Source: Rhodosorus marinus CCMP1338
Taxonomy: Eukaryota; Plantae; Rhodophyta
DNA: 248,000 bases
Assembly (NCBI GenBank): GCA_029953675.1
Contig: JAMWBK010000008.1
Coordinates: 1,632,001 to 1,880,000 of the forward strand
Direction of reading: 5' to 3'
Of the stretch, positions 220,634-234,261 are shown in pieces (within the stretch, counting starts at the first letter, position 1; each line of letters opens with the position of its first letter). The notes beneath the pieces are model-generated. The model was not told where the DNA came from. It saw only the letters and a list, made by a program, of their open reading frames with translations, and ran no database searches. The translations under genes were made by a program, and so were the position numbers.

Positions 220634-223600
220634 TTAAACGTTTTCCTTTCCAACTCTTGGAATAGCGCGTGCTCTCCTCTTAGACGGCTGCTCCTGATTA
220701 GAATTCTCGATGGATTTCAGAGGCCGATTTACAGTGCGGATTACAGTGCTGACGCCATCTACAAACTTGGTTCTGAAGATGACGTTCGCGTTGTTGAACA
220801 TGCCTTCTTTCAAGGAAACCACAATAAACTGGGAATGTGAAAAGTGCGTCTTCAGGATATTCCCTATATTCTGTGTATGAGAGAGATCCAGCGCCGCGTC
220901 GACCTCATCAAGAATATACATTGGGGCAGGTTTGAACTGCAGCATTGCCAATACCAATGAAAGGGCGATCAGAGATCTCTGGCCGCCGCTCAACTCCGAT
221001 AGCGAGTCTTTCCAGACCGAACCGAATCCAACTCGGATCTCCAGTCCGTCCATCACCGTGCATCCTGTCGTCAATAGACGAAAATCTCTCTTCAACACCG
221101 AATTACACTCGCGCAGCTCTAGTTCCCAAGTATGGACGGCGCAGTAGCTCTCGCCAGGTGTACGCCTTACCTTCTTGTGGTTCTAGCTTTGCTGTTGCCC
221201 CTGGGAGCAGCGTTGAAAATATTGACGCAAAGTCCCGATTCACCTTTTTCCACGTCTCTTGTAGAGCTTCCTCTTTTTTTTCATCAAGCTCAGCAATAAC
221301 AGACTCCATCTTGCGCTTGTCAGTCTCGATAATTCGCCTCTTCGAGGTCAAGTCCTGTTGTAAAAGCGTGTGGGCGCAACCCATGACTCAGAATCGATCA
221401 GACCCGCACTCATCGAACACGCGGTCTTCTTTCCGTTTACCTGGTATTCTTGCTCAGCCTTTTCGAACATCGCCATGACCTTCTTGTTGATTCTCTTGTG
221501 CAGGTTCTGCTGCTCAGTGGCAATTGCTTGTTGTTGCTTTTTCGCTTCGCGCGGATCTGATATACTGAAGTCGTACTCACCTCCTTCTTCACCGAAGTGA
221601 TCCCGTTCATTTAGAATCCATGGGTGTGCCTTCTCAAGGCTCTCCAGCATTTGCTCTTGGTTCTTCTGTGAAGATCGCAAAGAAAATGAGGCGAAACATG
221701 ACATCGTAAGCAAGCAATCCAGTTTGAAGCTAAATCTTCTAACAACGGACCTGTTCGTGAAGAAGAGACTTCTGTTTGTGTTCCAGTCTCTTATGCTCCA
221801 ATCCAACTTCCTCAGCCTCTCTAGCCAGCTTAGCCTCAGTCGTTTTCAAGGCGCCAATAGTGGAATCGTTCTCCGCAAGCTTCTCCACTTCCTTATCAAG
221901 GACAAGTTTGAGGTGTTCGTACTCTCGTCGAACCTCGTTCAACTCTGCCTCTGCAGCCTCAACGTCGGTTTGGCTCTTGCTAACCAAGCACTCCTGTGCC
222001 ACAACTTGTTCCTCCAATCCGGATATTTCCTCCCGTAAAGTTTTTATTCTTACTTGTCTTCCTTCTGAAGCTCCCTTGCTCTCCCGTAGCTTCGAGGTGG
222101 CATTCTTCAGCCTGTCTTTTGTCTCCTGAAGGCTCTTCTCTGCGTCTTTCATGGCCTTGTTCCTAGCCTCCACAACATCGCCCATCGATTTCTCAAGTTC
222201 AGCAGCTCTGCCTTGAAAGTCAGCCTTTTGCTTCTTCGCGGTTTCTAGCGCCTGAGGAATCTCCTCCTTCACTTGCTTTTCGAGCTCAGATACTTCCTTC
222301 AAGAGTCGACCTAAACGAACAAGAAATCCCAGGGCCTGCTTAGGGCTTTGATTCTTCGCGAGCTTGACTGCGGAAAGGCCAACAAGACATACCAACACTA
222401 GAACTCCCAAGCTTCTTCTCGATGAGGGTGGCTTCATGACTCCTCAGCTCCAGCTCAGATCGAAGCTGCTCGTGCCTCTGTCTCTTCTTGTCGAGTTCCT
222501 TCATCTCCGAGTTCACCTTCACAAGAAGAATCCAACGAAGCAAGATTTAGAGCGACCTATGCAGCACAGCCCTGAAGAGGATTTGTCGTTTCAAGCCAAC
222601 CTTTCTAAGAGATTTCTGGAGATTGTTCAGCTGGCTGCGAAGGTTGTTAAGATCACTTAGTTGATCGAGCACGGATGGTCCCGAGCTTCTCAAGCTACCA
222701 CCGCCGGAAAGGGTGCCAGCTGGATCGAAGATGTCCCCATTTAGAGTTACGGTTCTACACCTGACTTTTGGATCGAACGTGACCCTCTTTGCGGTATCCA
222801 TATCTTCGCATACCATCGTACGTCCAAAGACATACTTTATTGCTGCCTCGACGTCATCATCGTGACCGACCTTGTGGTCAGGAAGAGGAAACCGGGTATA
222901 CCGGGAGCACAGATCAGTATGCGAAAATCTGAATCAATGAAATGTGCTGTCTTCAAAAGCTCTATTCATCTTACCAGCGACAAAGCGAGCTTCACGTTGG
223001 GGTCAACTCTTTGAGCTGACCTCATCTGTTCATCTGATGCAGTGGAGGCGTTTATCTTGTTCAGAGGAATGATCGTTACGCGTCTCTGCAGTTTCCCTTT
223101 CTCGAGGAGGGCTTTTCCTGTGCGATCCGAGTCAACAACAACCTAGACAGTCACAAAACAGAAATAGTAGAGTTTTGAGCACTTCCAATCCTAGCAGGAC
223201 ACCTGAAAAACACGTTTCTTTCTCGTTCAAGAGGCTGATCGATTACCTGATAAAGACGACCACCTGCCGCGATTTCTATCGCGGTGGAGTGGATTGGATT
223301 CCTCACTGTCAAGAGCGTAGCGACAGTTCCCTTGACGCTGTTCTTGTCAAAGTAAGAAGTTGGATTGGAGTACTTGAACTCGAACGACGAGAGTCTAGCT
223401 GAGAGTTCGTCGTATTCGTCCTGGACCTTCCGCAGGGAAGCAGCGTCAACTTCTTTCTGCGAATCAAGGCGCTCTGCAAGCTCGACGCTGTAGTCCAGTT
223501 CATGAAGCTTCAATTTGACCTGCTGAACTGCTTTCTCACTGCGGAATTGTTCCTGACGCATCTTGTCGACTGCAACTTGGTCCTTCTTCAGGCTCGCCGC

Positions 223601-225379
223601 TTTGGCCTTGTATTCGCCCTGGACGTGGGACGCGCGCATTTTCAAAGTCTCTATTTCTGTTTCGGCACTGAGGATACCCTTCTTCGCCGCTTGAATCTGA
223701 TCAACCACAGACGATCCCATTGCACCATCGGAGCTTCCATTACCACCTCCAGATCCTGTGATCGTGACGCCCAATTTGCAGATTTCGGTTAAAAAGATCG
223801 GTCCAGCAGAGCATCATCTCGCTCTTCCTTACCAGTGAGAAGCGCTCTCTGAGCGTTGGCTTCTTCCTTAGTCGACTTTTGCACGTCCAACTCAAGGCGA
223901 GAGATTTCACTCTGGATCTCTTTGTACTCCGATTCGTTCTTCTCCATTTCAAGCCGGTCCGCTGAAACCTGGGCCTTCAGCCCATTAAGATTTGATTTCT
224001 CAGCCTCCAGCGAGTCTCTTTGATTGTGAAATGCAGACGACTTTTTCACGAGAGTCTTGCTCATGTTTTCGACCTTTCGCACCAAGAGAGAAGAGAAGAA
224101 AATACCATCAGCAAACGGGTCGATCAAGGCACTCGCCCTTGTTTACAACAGTATGTCAGGCCGTCGCGAGTTGTGCGTGTTCGTTTTCCTCACCTCTTGA
224201 GAAAGCTTGCGATAGTTCTTCGACATCTGGGCTTCACGAATCCGTTGAGCATTTTCAAGCTCATCTGAAACTTGCTTCGCCTTGGATTCGATATCATCCT
224301 TACGATTGAGAGTCGATTCGACTGCCTCTAGCAAAGACTGGTGTTGTTCCTCATAGTCCGAAACCTGGTTAAAAAACAGTTCGAGGAGGTTAAGTTCTCT
224401 GCTTCATTCCCTTTCCAACGCCTGTGTTCGTTGGCTTTTTAAATTTACGGTTGGAAACGGATACTTCGATGCTTACCTTTGTATAGGCAGATGAATAGTC
224501 GTATGCAATGGTGAAGCGACTCAAACGTTCGATTTTGGTGTTGTTTGAGCACCACTTCATGTAAGAAGCCCGATCTTTTCTCAGACCATCAAGCATCGGC
224601 GTGATCTCGGATGCTAGAACTTGCTCGATTTCTTCGACTTTCCTCTGCTTTTTCTCAATTGTCTTCAAAGCGGTCTCCTTCTTGAGCTCGTACATTCGTG
224701 TACCTATTAATTTCGTTGGTAGGTCTCAGCGTGCAGCTGGTCGATCTCAGTGATCTCCGAGGTCGAATTACATACCTGCTGCCTCCTCGATCATGGCGAG
224801 TACCTCTGGAGGTTTCATGGAAATGACCTTTGTGATCCTCCCCTGCATAATGAGGAAGTGTGGGTTGTTGACGTTGAGCTGAACGGAATGGAAAAGGTTC
224901 TGTACTCGGCCAGGTTGAGCTACATGGCCGTTGATAAGATATTTGTTACGCCCTCCTATCACGATCTGCCTTGTTACGGTGACCTTGTCGCAGTCTTCAT
225001 AGCCAGCAGGCGAGTTACTCCGGTCATTGTTGTTGAAAATAATCGATACAGTAGCTTTCGATATACCGGCCTGACCGCCTTTGTAGACTAATTCCTGCAA
225101 GTTTCCAACTCGAACCTAGTATAGAGTGCGGATAGCGGAGAAGAGGTTAAAGCTCACATCTCTGCATCTTTCGTCAGATTGTTTTTAGTTGACTGAACTG
225201 GAGAGACGAACCTGTGATAAATTCGAAATCCCGAGGACGAAGCAGATGGAGTCGAGAATATTAGATTTTCCGGATCCGTTCAGTCCCGTGATCGCATTGA
225301 ATGACGGGTCAAAGCCAGATATCACAGTACGCGACGCGTACGACTTGAACCCATCGACAATGACCTCCTCGATATACAT
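220634..225379 (-). CDS. SMC2: Condensin subunit SMC2, multi-exon
   Basis: [52 protein letters not shown]. Confidence 0.96.
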
Positions 225380-227429
225380 TTCTTCCCAAGAACAATCTAC
225401 TCAGCGCCAATTTTCGTTCATAGAAGCAAAACAGAATTCAAGGACTCGTCCAGTCTCGCATCTATCCACAACGTACGCTGCGGACGTAACAATGGCAACA
225501 ACAACCCTCCCGGCCAACGTCCTACGAGAGATGAATCACCGACTTAGGGCATGAAACCTCTAGCCTTCTCCCGTCCTTCCCCTCCCGAGACATCAAGTGC
225601 ATGACAATTCCATCAACAGGAAAAACTGCTGAGAAAGCTCCCACTAGTTGCTAGTTCATTTGCCGTTAATAGGAATACTAGGAGATCGAAAAATATTATC
225701 TAGACAATAGAAAGACTCCGGTAATTAATCGAAGTTTTATGATCAGTTTTAAACATTTGAAAATCTGTCCGTTTGTATGACACGTGGTTGTTTAGTGGTT
225801 GAACTACGTTGATTCTTAATTATGTACAAGGCATCTTTAATTTTGATATTAAAGGAACTGAGTAAAATTATTTCGTAAATATTTTCGAGTACTTGATCTT
225901 GATTTGGAAAATTATTCCAGTTTATGATCCCCGTGGCCGGGGTTGGTCTTGAAAGCGGAGTTCGTCTCTTGAGTAGAATCCGCCAGAATACAGTAGTATG
226001 CGGGTGGACAGTAACCCCTCTCTAGAGCCTAAAGCCAGAATGTTCTGTTCTTCTCTGAGCTGCGTGCGTTTGGTAATCAGTAGTTTTTCTGAATTCAAGG
226101 GCTGCTCGTAGCGTGAGCATGTCCCCAATCACACGGAGGATTGCATAGCATTCGTCGACCCCGTAGACAAGCGCAAAAACGTTGTTTGGCTTTGGTGACC
226201 CTTCCCATGGGGCTCAAGCGACCTTCTAATCTCACGTTCTTTATCGTATTCATGACCCAAAATCAGGAACAACACCACGGGGCCCGCAACTGAAAAGGAT
226301 TCCCAAAAGACAGGATTCTATCGTCGACCAAGAACTGGGACCAATGCTACTTCCAAATCCTTAAGCAGCAACCACGCCATCGTGAAACTGGCAAATCCAC
226401 GCAATCGTTCTCCTTCGCCTCGTCAAGCCGAAAACGCTGTAAATATCTCAACATCTCCCCGTACCGATCCCACCTAGAGGCCAGACCCTCGCTACCGGAC
226501 ACATCCATTGACGCCAGTTATGGAATCGTTCCAGCCCTTACGCACTGTGCTGGAACGCTATCGATATCATGGCGATTCCTCGTACCTGAACGGACTTGCG
226601 ACAGTGGCCTGAGAGGGAGAGTATGGCCGGTGAATCTTTTCATAGACCATGCTCTAACTCTCATGCCATCCAAGCCTCACCAAACTCCTCAACATCACCA
226701 ACGTTGGCTGGAGGCCAAGCTCATCAAAAATTCCCTTTGATAGAAACTTTTCCCGTTCAACAGAGAGTCCTGACAGATTTGTCAACTACCACGTCGGTAG
226801 ACATCACAACACTGTCACCTTGATATTCAGTCAATAAATTATAATCAATCTTTTATATTCGTATTTAATAAATTAATATATAATTCAATCTTTATTTGGA
226901 TTGAATAACTATTGGCAGGTAAATAGTTATTTGGGGATATGCTTCTTCTGGATGAGAGAAAGTAGAGGACGGTGGATTGAGCTTAGGGTTCGGGGAGGGT
227001 GCTGACTTGGACTTTGAGCTCGTAGAGTTACAATACTTTGAATAGGAACATGGCCAAGTGAAAGAATACTGCAAGGAGAGTAGCTTCAAACTTTTTTTTT
227101 GGAGGTGTTTAGGGGTTTGTTGGAGTTCCCGGTATGGATGGAAGCGTTCGAATTCAGGAACTTATTGGCGACCCAAGAGGATACGATGCTAGGATTCTGG
227201 GAAGAGCAAAGGTAGGAAGGTGCTTGAGGATTAGGTTTTTGAGTGGTTTGTTGTAGTAGTCCGTGGGTAGTTCTGATAAGCTTTGCAGCACTAACTTGTG
227301 GGTTCATTTTGCCCTTGCGACGATTTAGGTCAAGTGCAGATCAGGTAGGCGGTTTCTGGGACTTGCATCGACCAGTAGAAGCGCCTCAGAAGGACTGATG
227401 GGCTTATAGCTCTCCCAATTTTGTGCTGA

Positions 227430-229016
227430 ATGGGTGTTTCTGATTGGTTTTTAGATATTGCGCTTCAGGATTGGAATGTTCGCGGATATCTTGGAGACCA
227501 GACTTGTTTAGATGAACCGGAGGAACATGGAGGCATTGCTCGTGTCCACACTGATAACCTCAGCGTTGAGGAGTTCTTTCAAAAGTTCGAAGTCCCAGGC
227601 GTGCCCCTGTGTATCGACGGCATCGTCCAGCAATGGCCCGCATGGAAGAACTGGAGTTTAAAGAGTCTGCATAGACGGTATCGACACGTCAAGTTTCGTG
227701 TTGGTGACGATGATGACGGATACGCTGTTAGAATCAAAATGAAGTACTTCCTTCGATACATGATGTCACAAACCGATGATTCTCCCCTGTACATCTTCGA
227801 CTCAAGGTTCCCCAAGATCGATGGATCTCACGTTCTACTTGGGGATTACGAGGTGAGGTCGCGATTTTACAAAGACACGTTCTGAGAATAAGACGTCATT
227901 CCGCGGCCTGACGATGCCGCCTTCTTGTTTCCAGGTACCAAAGTACTTCCGGGAAGACCTATTCCACCTGCTGGGTGAACATCGTCGTCCTCCATATCGA
228001 TGGTTTCTGGTTGGTCCAAAACGATCAGGAAGCGGAGTTCATATCGATCCTCTCGGTACATCTGCTTGGAACGCTCTTATCTCTGGAAGAAAGCGATGGA
228101 TTCTTTTCCCGCCAAACATACCGAAAAAGGTACAGAAACCCTCAAGACAAGACTGAAGCCGTAAAACGAAAGCTGAACCCTTTTTCCCCCACTGATCGCC
228201 TCCAAGATCGTTAAGGCGAAAAGTCTCAAACGTATTGGAGAAGACGACGAACCTGTTGACTACTTCACAAACATTCTTCCCCGATTGAAGCAATCGGTAA
228301 GTATATCGGATTGCTTCACCCATTGAAACGATCGCCAGAAGCTGTTAAACAGATGGTCTAGTTTTTGGTGGATATGACAGATGGGAGATGCGTTGGACTA
228401 CATCGAGTTTGTTCAGTACCCTGGAGAGACGGTTTTCATCCCTGGAGGCTGGTGGCACGCTGTATTGAATCTTGATGACACGATCGCCGTTACACAGAAC
228501 TTTGTATCATCAAATAATTTTAGAAACTGCTGGTATCAGACACGGAAGGGACGTCGTGGTATGGCTAGAAAGTGGTATAGGGAGTTGAAGAGTAGCCATC
228601 CGCATCTAGCGACGGTAGCTGATGAGGTGAACCGTATGCATGGGTATAATATGGAGCGAGAGAGGGAGAGGCATCATGAAGACTATCGTCGGCAGGTTTT
228701 TGCCAGACGTGTCAAGGTCGGGGTTGAGAAATATCGACGCAAACTGAACGGCGTGGACCTTGATAAGAGCAGCTCGTCGTCTGGAGATGGAACTGACTCC
228801 GACTGGACCAGCTTGAGCGAGAACTTTGACGGTCTCGATAGCGACGAAGAGAACCAAGTAGGAATGACAATACGTCAGCTTCTTGTGCATCCTCCCCAGC
228901 AGCAGCTGGATCAGTATACTCCTTCCCAGAACGGGACAGCTGGTTATCACGCCCGCGACGAGTCTTGCAGAACCGAGCATCTACCAACGGCGCCTAGAGT
229001 CTCGGAACTTGGCTGA
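227430..229016 (+). CDS. JMJD6: JMJD6/PSR-like JmjC protein, multi-exon (start may lie upstream)
   Basis: [35 protein letters not shown]. Confidence 0.9.
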
Positions 229017-230067
229017 GTCAACGAGAAAGCAACTATAACTAAACAACAACAACAACACGATGACTACCAAGCAACCAATGTATTCCGGCTGACATATTCT
229101 GACTCGCTCAGAAAGAACCAAGACGATGGCCGTTCTAAAAGCTGCGAGAAGTGGATTTGTCTCCAGTACTGTAGTTGGGAACGTCCCTTTCACATGCTTC
229201 CGGGGCAATCTCTGGCCTTGGGACATCCATTGTATGTCTCCACCATCACGAGTTGGGCTCCATGGTTGAGCACCAAGTAGCGCATGAGCAAAGTTTGGGA
229301 TTTGCTAACAGTACAGAAGCCTACTGTTAGATTATACATCCACGCGACTCCTCTCCAACTCTTAAAGACTTCTCCAGAGGTTTTTCAGGTAGCCATTTGG
229401 CTGCCGAAGAGGATTTCGCGGATTTAGCTGTTTGGTTGAATGAAACAAAAGCTGCCCGTCTTCCAGAAGCGTTCATGTTGGTTTCGAGCTTTGTTAGTTC
229501 TGATCAGTAGGAGGCTTCGAGGTGGCGTTTTACCAGGAGGAGAGCAAATCCTGATATAGTCCTCTCTCAATTTCCATTATCACCTGAGTTTCGTTAGTTT
229601 TTTTGCAGATTGTTCCGTGTGGTTTTACCTCTGTCACAGCTCACGCTAAAGCGATGTGGTCTGTGCCCATCTTCATCATTTAGAAGACGTACGGACTTGT
229701 TTAGGAGGGGGGGGGGAAAGAGTTGGGAGGAGGGTTTCATGTGAAGTCAAAGCAAATATGGGAGATATACTCTTTGCGTCTTCTCCGAAAGTTTGGACGA
229801 GGAGAACAAGCCTTCCAATAACGTGCAAGAGGACGAGGACTGGATTTCATGCCAAAGGAATCGCTAGAGCGAGGGAGGTGAGGATCAGAGTGAAGCTTCT
229901 GGTTGTGCTTTCTGCGCTGAAGATTGGTTTCGTACTTGTGTTGCTTAGGATTGTGATGAATGTGAAGGTCAGGAGGAAGCAGGACGTGATGAAGGTGAGA
230001 AGTGACAGGATCCAAATGTGTTTCTGAAGGTTTTTGGTGAACCTGACCCTATTTTGTTTCTGAAGTT

Positions 230068-230367
230068 GTGAGAGGAAATGTTAGGATTGAGTATTGTACA
230101 GGTTGTCGCTGGCTATTGAGAGCTGGATGGACTGCTCAAGAGTTGCTCACGACGTTTGAGAAGGAGTTGGTGGGGGTGACGATTGCACCTGCAACTTCGA
230201 GTGGGGTTTTCGACGTGTACTTAGATGGTAAGTTGGTGTTTTCGAGGAAGGAGGTTGGGAGATTTCCCGAGATGAAGGAGCTGAAGCAGCTCGTTCGTGA
230301 CCAGATCAATCCAGAGCGTGACTTGGGGCATAGTGATGTCAAGGGTCACAAGCAGAAAACCACCTGA
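230068..230367 (+). CDS. SelT/SelW/SelH (Rdx) family protein with CxxC
   Basis: IEYCTGCRWLLRAGWTAQELLTTF..GVFDV..RFPEMKELKQLVRD. Confidence 0.85.
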   Translation: MRGNVRIEYCTGCRWLLRAGWTAQELLTTFEKELVGVTIAPATSSGVFDVYLDGKLVFSRKEVGRFPEMKELKQLVRDQINPERDLGHSDVKGHKQKTT

Positions 230368-230455
230368 AGGGGGTTCTCTTTGCTTGGTTTCCCGCATTCT
230401 TTGTTTCCTCTGGACTTTGTGAACTTAAAATGAAAAGGCTGGTAGATTGGGGGCT

Positions 230456-231560
230456 CTAACGAGCGATAGCTTTTTTAAGCATGAGCGATGGTCTTCTTCC
230501 CCGCTCTGAGATGAGATATATATACTTTCTGTGGAGTACTCCTGCTCGAAGTTGCCACATACAGCTCCTTCGGGGAGATCGACGTAATGACTCCCAGGAA
230601 CCGTTTCCCAGTGGATTTGCTCTGTACCGCCACTGTATTCGATTCTTCAAATCGCTCTTGCCGTACGTGCAATACACCTCGAGAATAGGTGACTTCTACA
230701 ACCGGACGTCCTCCTCGATCCTTCCCTTGGTCTCCTAAGGCGAAAGATGAACCTCGGAGATTTCAGCTTTGATAGTTCATCCCCAACCCTCCCAGAAGCA
230801 GCATTTTGAACGGAAAGAAACGACGTACTTGCGTTTCCGTACTGAGAAGAGGGCTTGTGCTGAGGTATTGAAGTGATCTTCGGGGGCATTACAGTCTCCA
230901 AGCCTAAAAGCATGGCTTCGATGTCATGTTGAAGCTCATCCCAGGTTAGGGAAACTCTTAGCAATCCTTCCTTTTGGACACCTCCGAGCAGTCCGGCACA
231001 GTAGATATCCTCCGGCGTCGCGTTTTTTCCTCTTCTGTTCAGCTGTTTTCGAAGAGCTAGAGAGGGAAATTCCGGTCTTTGCTCGTCAGTTATCTGAAGC
231101 GATAGAAGCCACTATGGGCGCAAAGTTTCCCACGGCTCATACCTCTGGGAAGAAACGAATACAGCTTCTTTCGTCTACTTGAGAACGAAGAGAATATTTT
231201 CTCACGATAGTATCTCTTGTCAGCTTCGAACTCATCCCAGGCCTGCTTCACCTCTGCTTCAAAGCACTTCTCAGAATTCTCAAGCTGAAATGTCCTGATT
231301 TCGTCCGCCATATGAACTCTGTGCTGTTTCTTCTTCTCAAGATCTTCCAGTTCCTTTAGATATTCTCCATTTTCACCTTAAAAGATCGAGCAAATAACCC
231401 GGCCAGCTTCAGAACCAGTCCAAGCCAGTCCGCAAGCGAACACTACATCTCCTTACCCGCTAGAATTTCCTCATGCTCTTTCTTGAGCGTCTTCAGATCA
231501 TCCTCAAGTTGCTGAATCCTCAGATTCTCATGCTCTTCATCCTGAGATTCCGAAGGCATG
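230456..231560 (-). CDS. Sds3/BRMS1-like Sin3 complex subunit, spliced
   Basis: Coiled coil QAWDEFEADKRYYREK; RVSLTWDELQHDI; C-terminal G..F.RGD motif. Confidence 0.5.
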
Positions 231561-232640
231561 TTTCTTCGATCAACACGAGCCACGCGGCTCCCCTAAATGA
231601 AACACAAAAATCAACTCGTTGAAACGAAGGTTCTTCCCTTTGATCCTCAGTCCATCCGACTCTCAATCATCCTTCAAAAAAAATCCGTCCTGAAAACACT
231701 AAAAAAATCCTCCTAAATTACCAAATCCTTAGAGAAGAACATTCTGCCTCGTTCCAATCGATGCAGAACAAATAAGCCGGACACATCGATGCTTCTCTCC
231801 AACCTTCCCCCAGGAAACAAAAACCCTTCCAGTCCTATTGAGCACCACCGACTAGAAAGACTTCAACTATGAACTTCTTCTCTGCAGAAAGATAGCTTCA
231901 GTATCTAAAACTTTCTCCCCGCCATGCATGCCCCGACAATCCTAATCCACCCTGTACCCGTCCTCTTCACCGATTTGCCGAGCAGCTGACTGGAGCAATG
232001 TCGCAGGGAATTCTCTTGAGGCGGCAGTTCTGTTCAGTTCAAGTTGTTTTTTGGAAGTGAATTCGTCTTGGTGGAATCATTAATCCCAGCGCAGTACAAT
232101 ACATCTCTGTGGGAGCATACCCTATGCGACGGAGGGATCGGCGGGTTTACCTCATCACGGTTTTGACGACTTGACGATGGCAATACATCGTTTGCGAGTT
232201 CTAGATGAGCAATATTGTGTATTATAGTGATCGAAGAGGACACCTTACCTGAATGAGTCGTTCTGTTCCACTCCCAGACATTGTAGCTGTTCTTCAAGTA
232301 GAGCCTATGGCTTGCTTAAACGGTCGCACACCTCCAACCCCCCCATTTGTCTGAGCTGAATACAGATCTTTCATTGGCTATCTCGATCGAGCTTGAAATG
232401 AATATTAGATAAGTTTCATCAGTTCGTTTCGTATAAACACTCTTAATTGGCTTAAAGGAAAACAATTCTCGCATGATTGGCTTATAAAGCTATATTTTTT
232501 ATATTTGCGTCTTTCTGATGAGCCGGTTTCCGTGAAAGTCGCGCGCTCGACATAATATAGGGAGATATATACTCAAGTTAGGGCCATTTTCCTATCCTTA
232601 AAACTAAAAAACTCAACATATCAATTTTGGAAGAAAAATA

Positions 232641-233185
232641 ATACATACCTGTTCGAGGTTTTCTGTTTTGGGTATTTTAGGATATGATGGGGCCATGAAG
232701 CAGACGAGGTTGCGGGGACCAACCTATGAGGTAAACAGGGTTGCCGTGGGAGTCTCGACCTACGTCGAGTAGTCCACGCTGTCAATCGACTCTCTACGTT
232801 GAAGTGTGCTTGGTTCGGACTTTCCACCTCCGCACCTACCCAATCGGTTCGATCATCGCCATTGGGGCAAGTTCGCCCTGGAATTCCGCGGGCAGCGTAC
232901 CCGTGAATCCTACCTCTTGTTTTCTCAGGAGAGAGGGGATGATTCTACCATGATTTCGTATCCGTTCTGCAACGCGAGGCCAGTTACTCACTTGCCACTG
233001 CGTGCATCCACCCACCTTTGTGTCCACTGGGAGGGAGCCCGGCATCTTGGCAAAACTGCCCTAGATTCCTCCCGCGCCCCTATCCGACTCGCTCCGTCCG
233101 CAACCTGGAAGCAACTCTTCTAACCGTCCTGGTCAAACCCCGGCACGGCGAGTGGTTTTGACAATTTGGCCATGCCTGTTTTTTG
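232641..233185 (+). ncRNA. Candidate long U1-like snRNA (~540 nt)
   Basis: Starts ATACATACCTG; GGCCATGAAG 70K-loop-like motif at 232691; stem-loop then Sm-like AATTTGG at 233163; GC-rich, no credible ORF. Confidence 0.4.
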
Positions 233186-234261
233186 ACGGTCAGCCGCTAG
233201 TGCAGAGTATGCGTTTACAGTTCGGATGCTATTTGGCTTCCTGCGCTTAAAACTGACGTTCTCTATGAATGTGACAGCTCATGCAACTGTGCAGATATCC
233301 TCTCGATTCTATACTATGCAGGTAACATCAATGTGCCCCCCCACCAGCGAGTCTCTCCCCTCCTCTAAAAGCTGTCACCGCCTTTACGTTGCAACTAATT
233401 GTTTCAAGAGTAAAATTTCAACGACTGAACTGATGAACGAATCAAAGACGACTTTCTACTCTCTTCGATCCAATAAGGAGAAAGAGACGTTCCTATTCGT
233501 GTAAATTGACAGATCTCTGACACGGACAAATCACTACATTAATTTTTGAATAAAAATAGTCGATGCAGTCTTGTTGAGAGCAAGATTTTACTCAAAAACA
233601 ATTCTTGTCGAAGACGATTTTTTGTCATAAAATAATCTTTTCATTTATAAAGAAAGAAAAATCACTTGTTACACGACAAATATTATATTGACGTCGTGAT
233701 TTCTTTTTTTATTTTCTGACATATTTTTCCATAGGGGTAGAAGATTTGTAAATTCTAGATGAATATTCCAAATAAAGAATGTATGTATCTGAAATTTTGC
233801 CAACTTTTCTTTTAAATTGAAGAAAGAGCAAGAAAAATCCATATATAGGTACAAAATTTGTGATATAGAAACTAAAAAATGTAGATATGTTTCTTGTTTT
233901 TCACCCTCTATGAAAGCTATCAAAAAGTTATGGACGGACCTTGCCCGTATTGCAGTCATTTGAATTGAAATATTTTCTAAGAATTTTTGTGTCTAAAACT
234001 TGGCTGGAAAAGGGGTTTTTGGCGCACGAAGTAGTTTGAAAATTTTGGCTACTTAAGGAGTCTGGTTATGTGGACTGGATGTGGTGCGAGCCGTGGGGAG
234101 GAGTGCGAGAACAGGATGGGAGGAGTATGGAGACTGAGAGATCAGGTCTTGGAAGAAATATGCACTGAATAAAGTGTAAATGAAGTTTCTGCTGGAGGAT
234201 TAGTTTGGTAGGATTTCTTTTGGTGGACGGTGTCGTTTTGGGTACTGAGTAGTTGGCAGGT

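Noticed and set aside
232810-232830. RNase P CR-I motif GGAAAGTCCG on the minus strand
   Set aside because: No matching CR-V/P4 partner at a plausible distance
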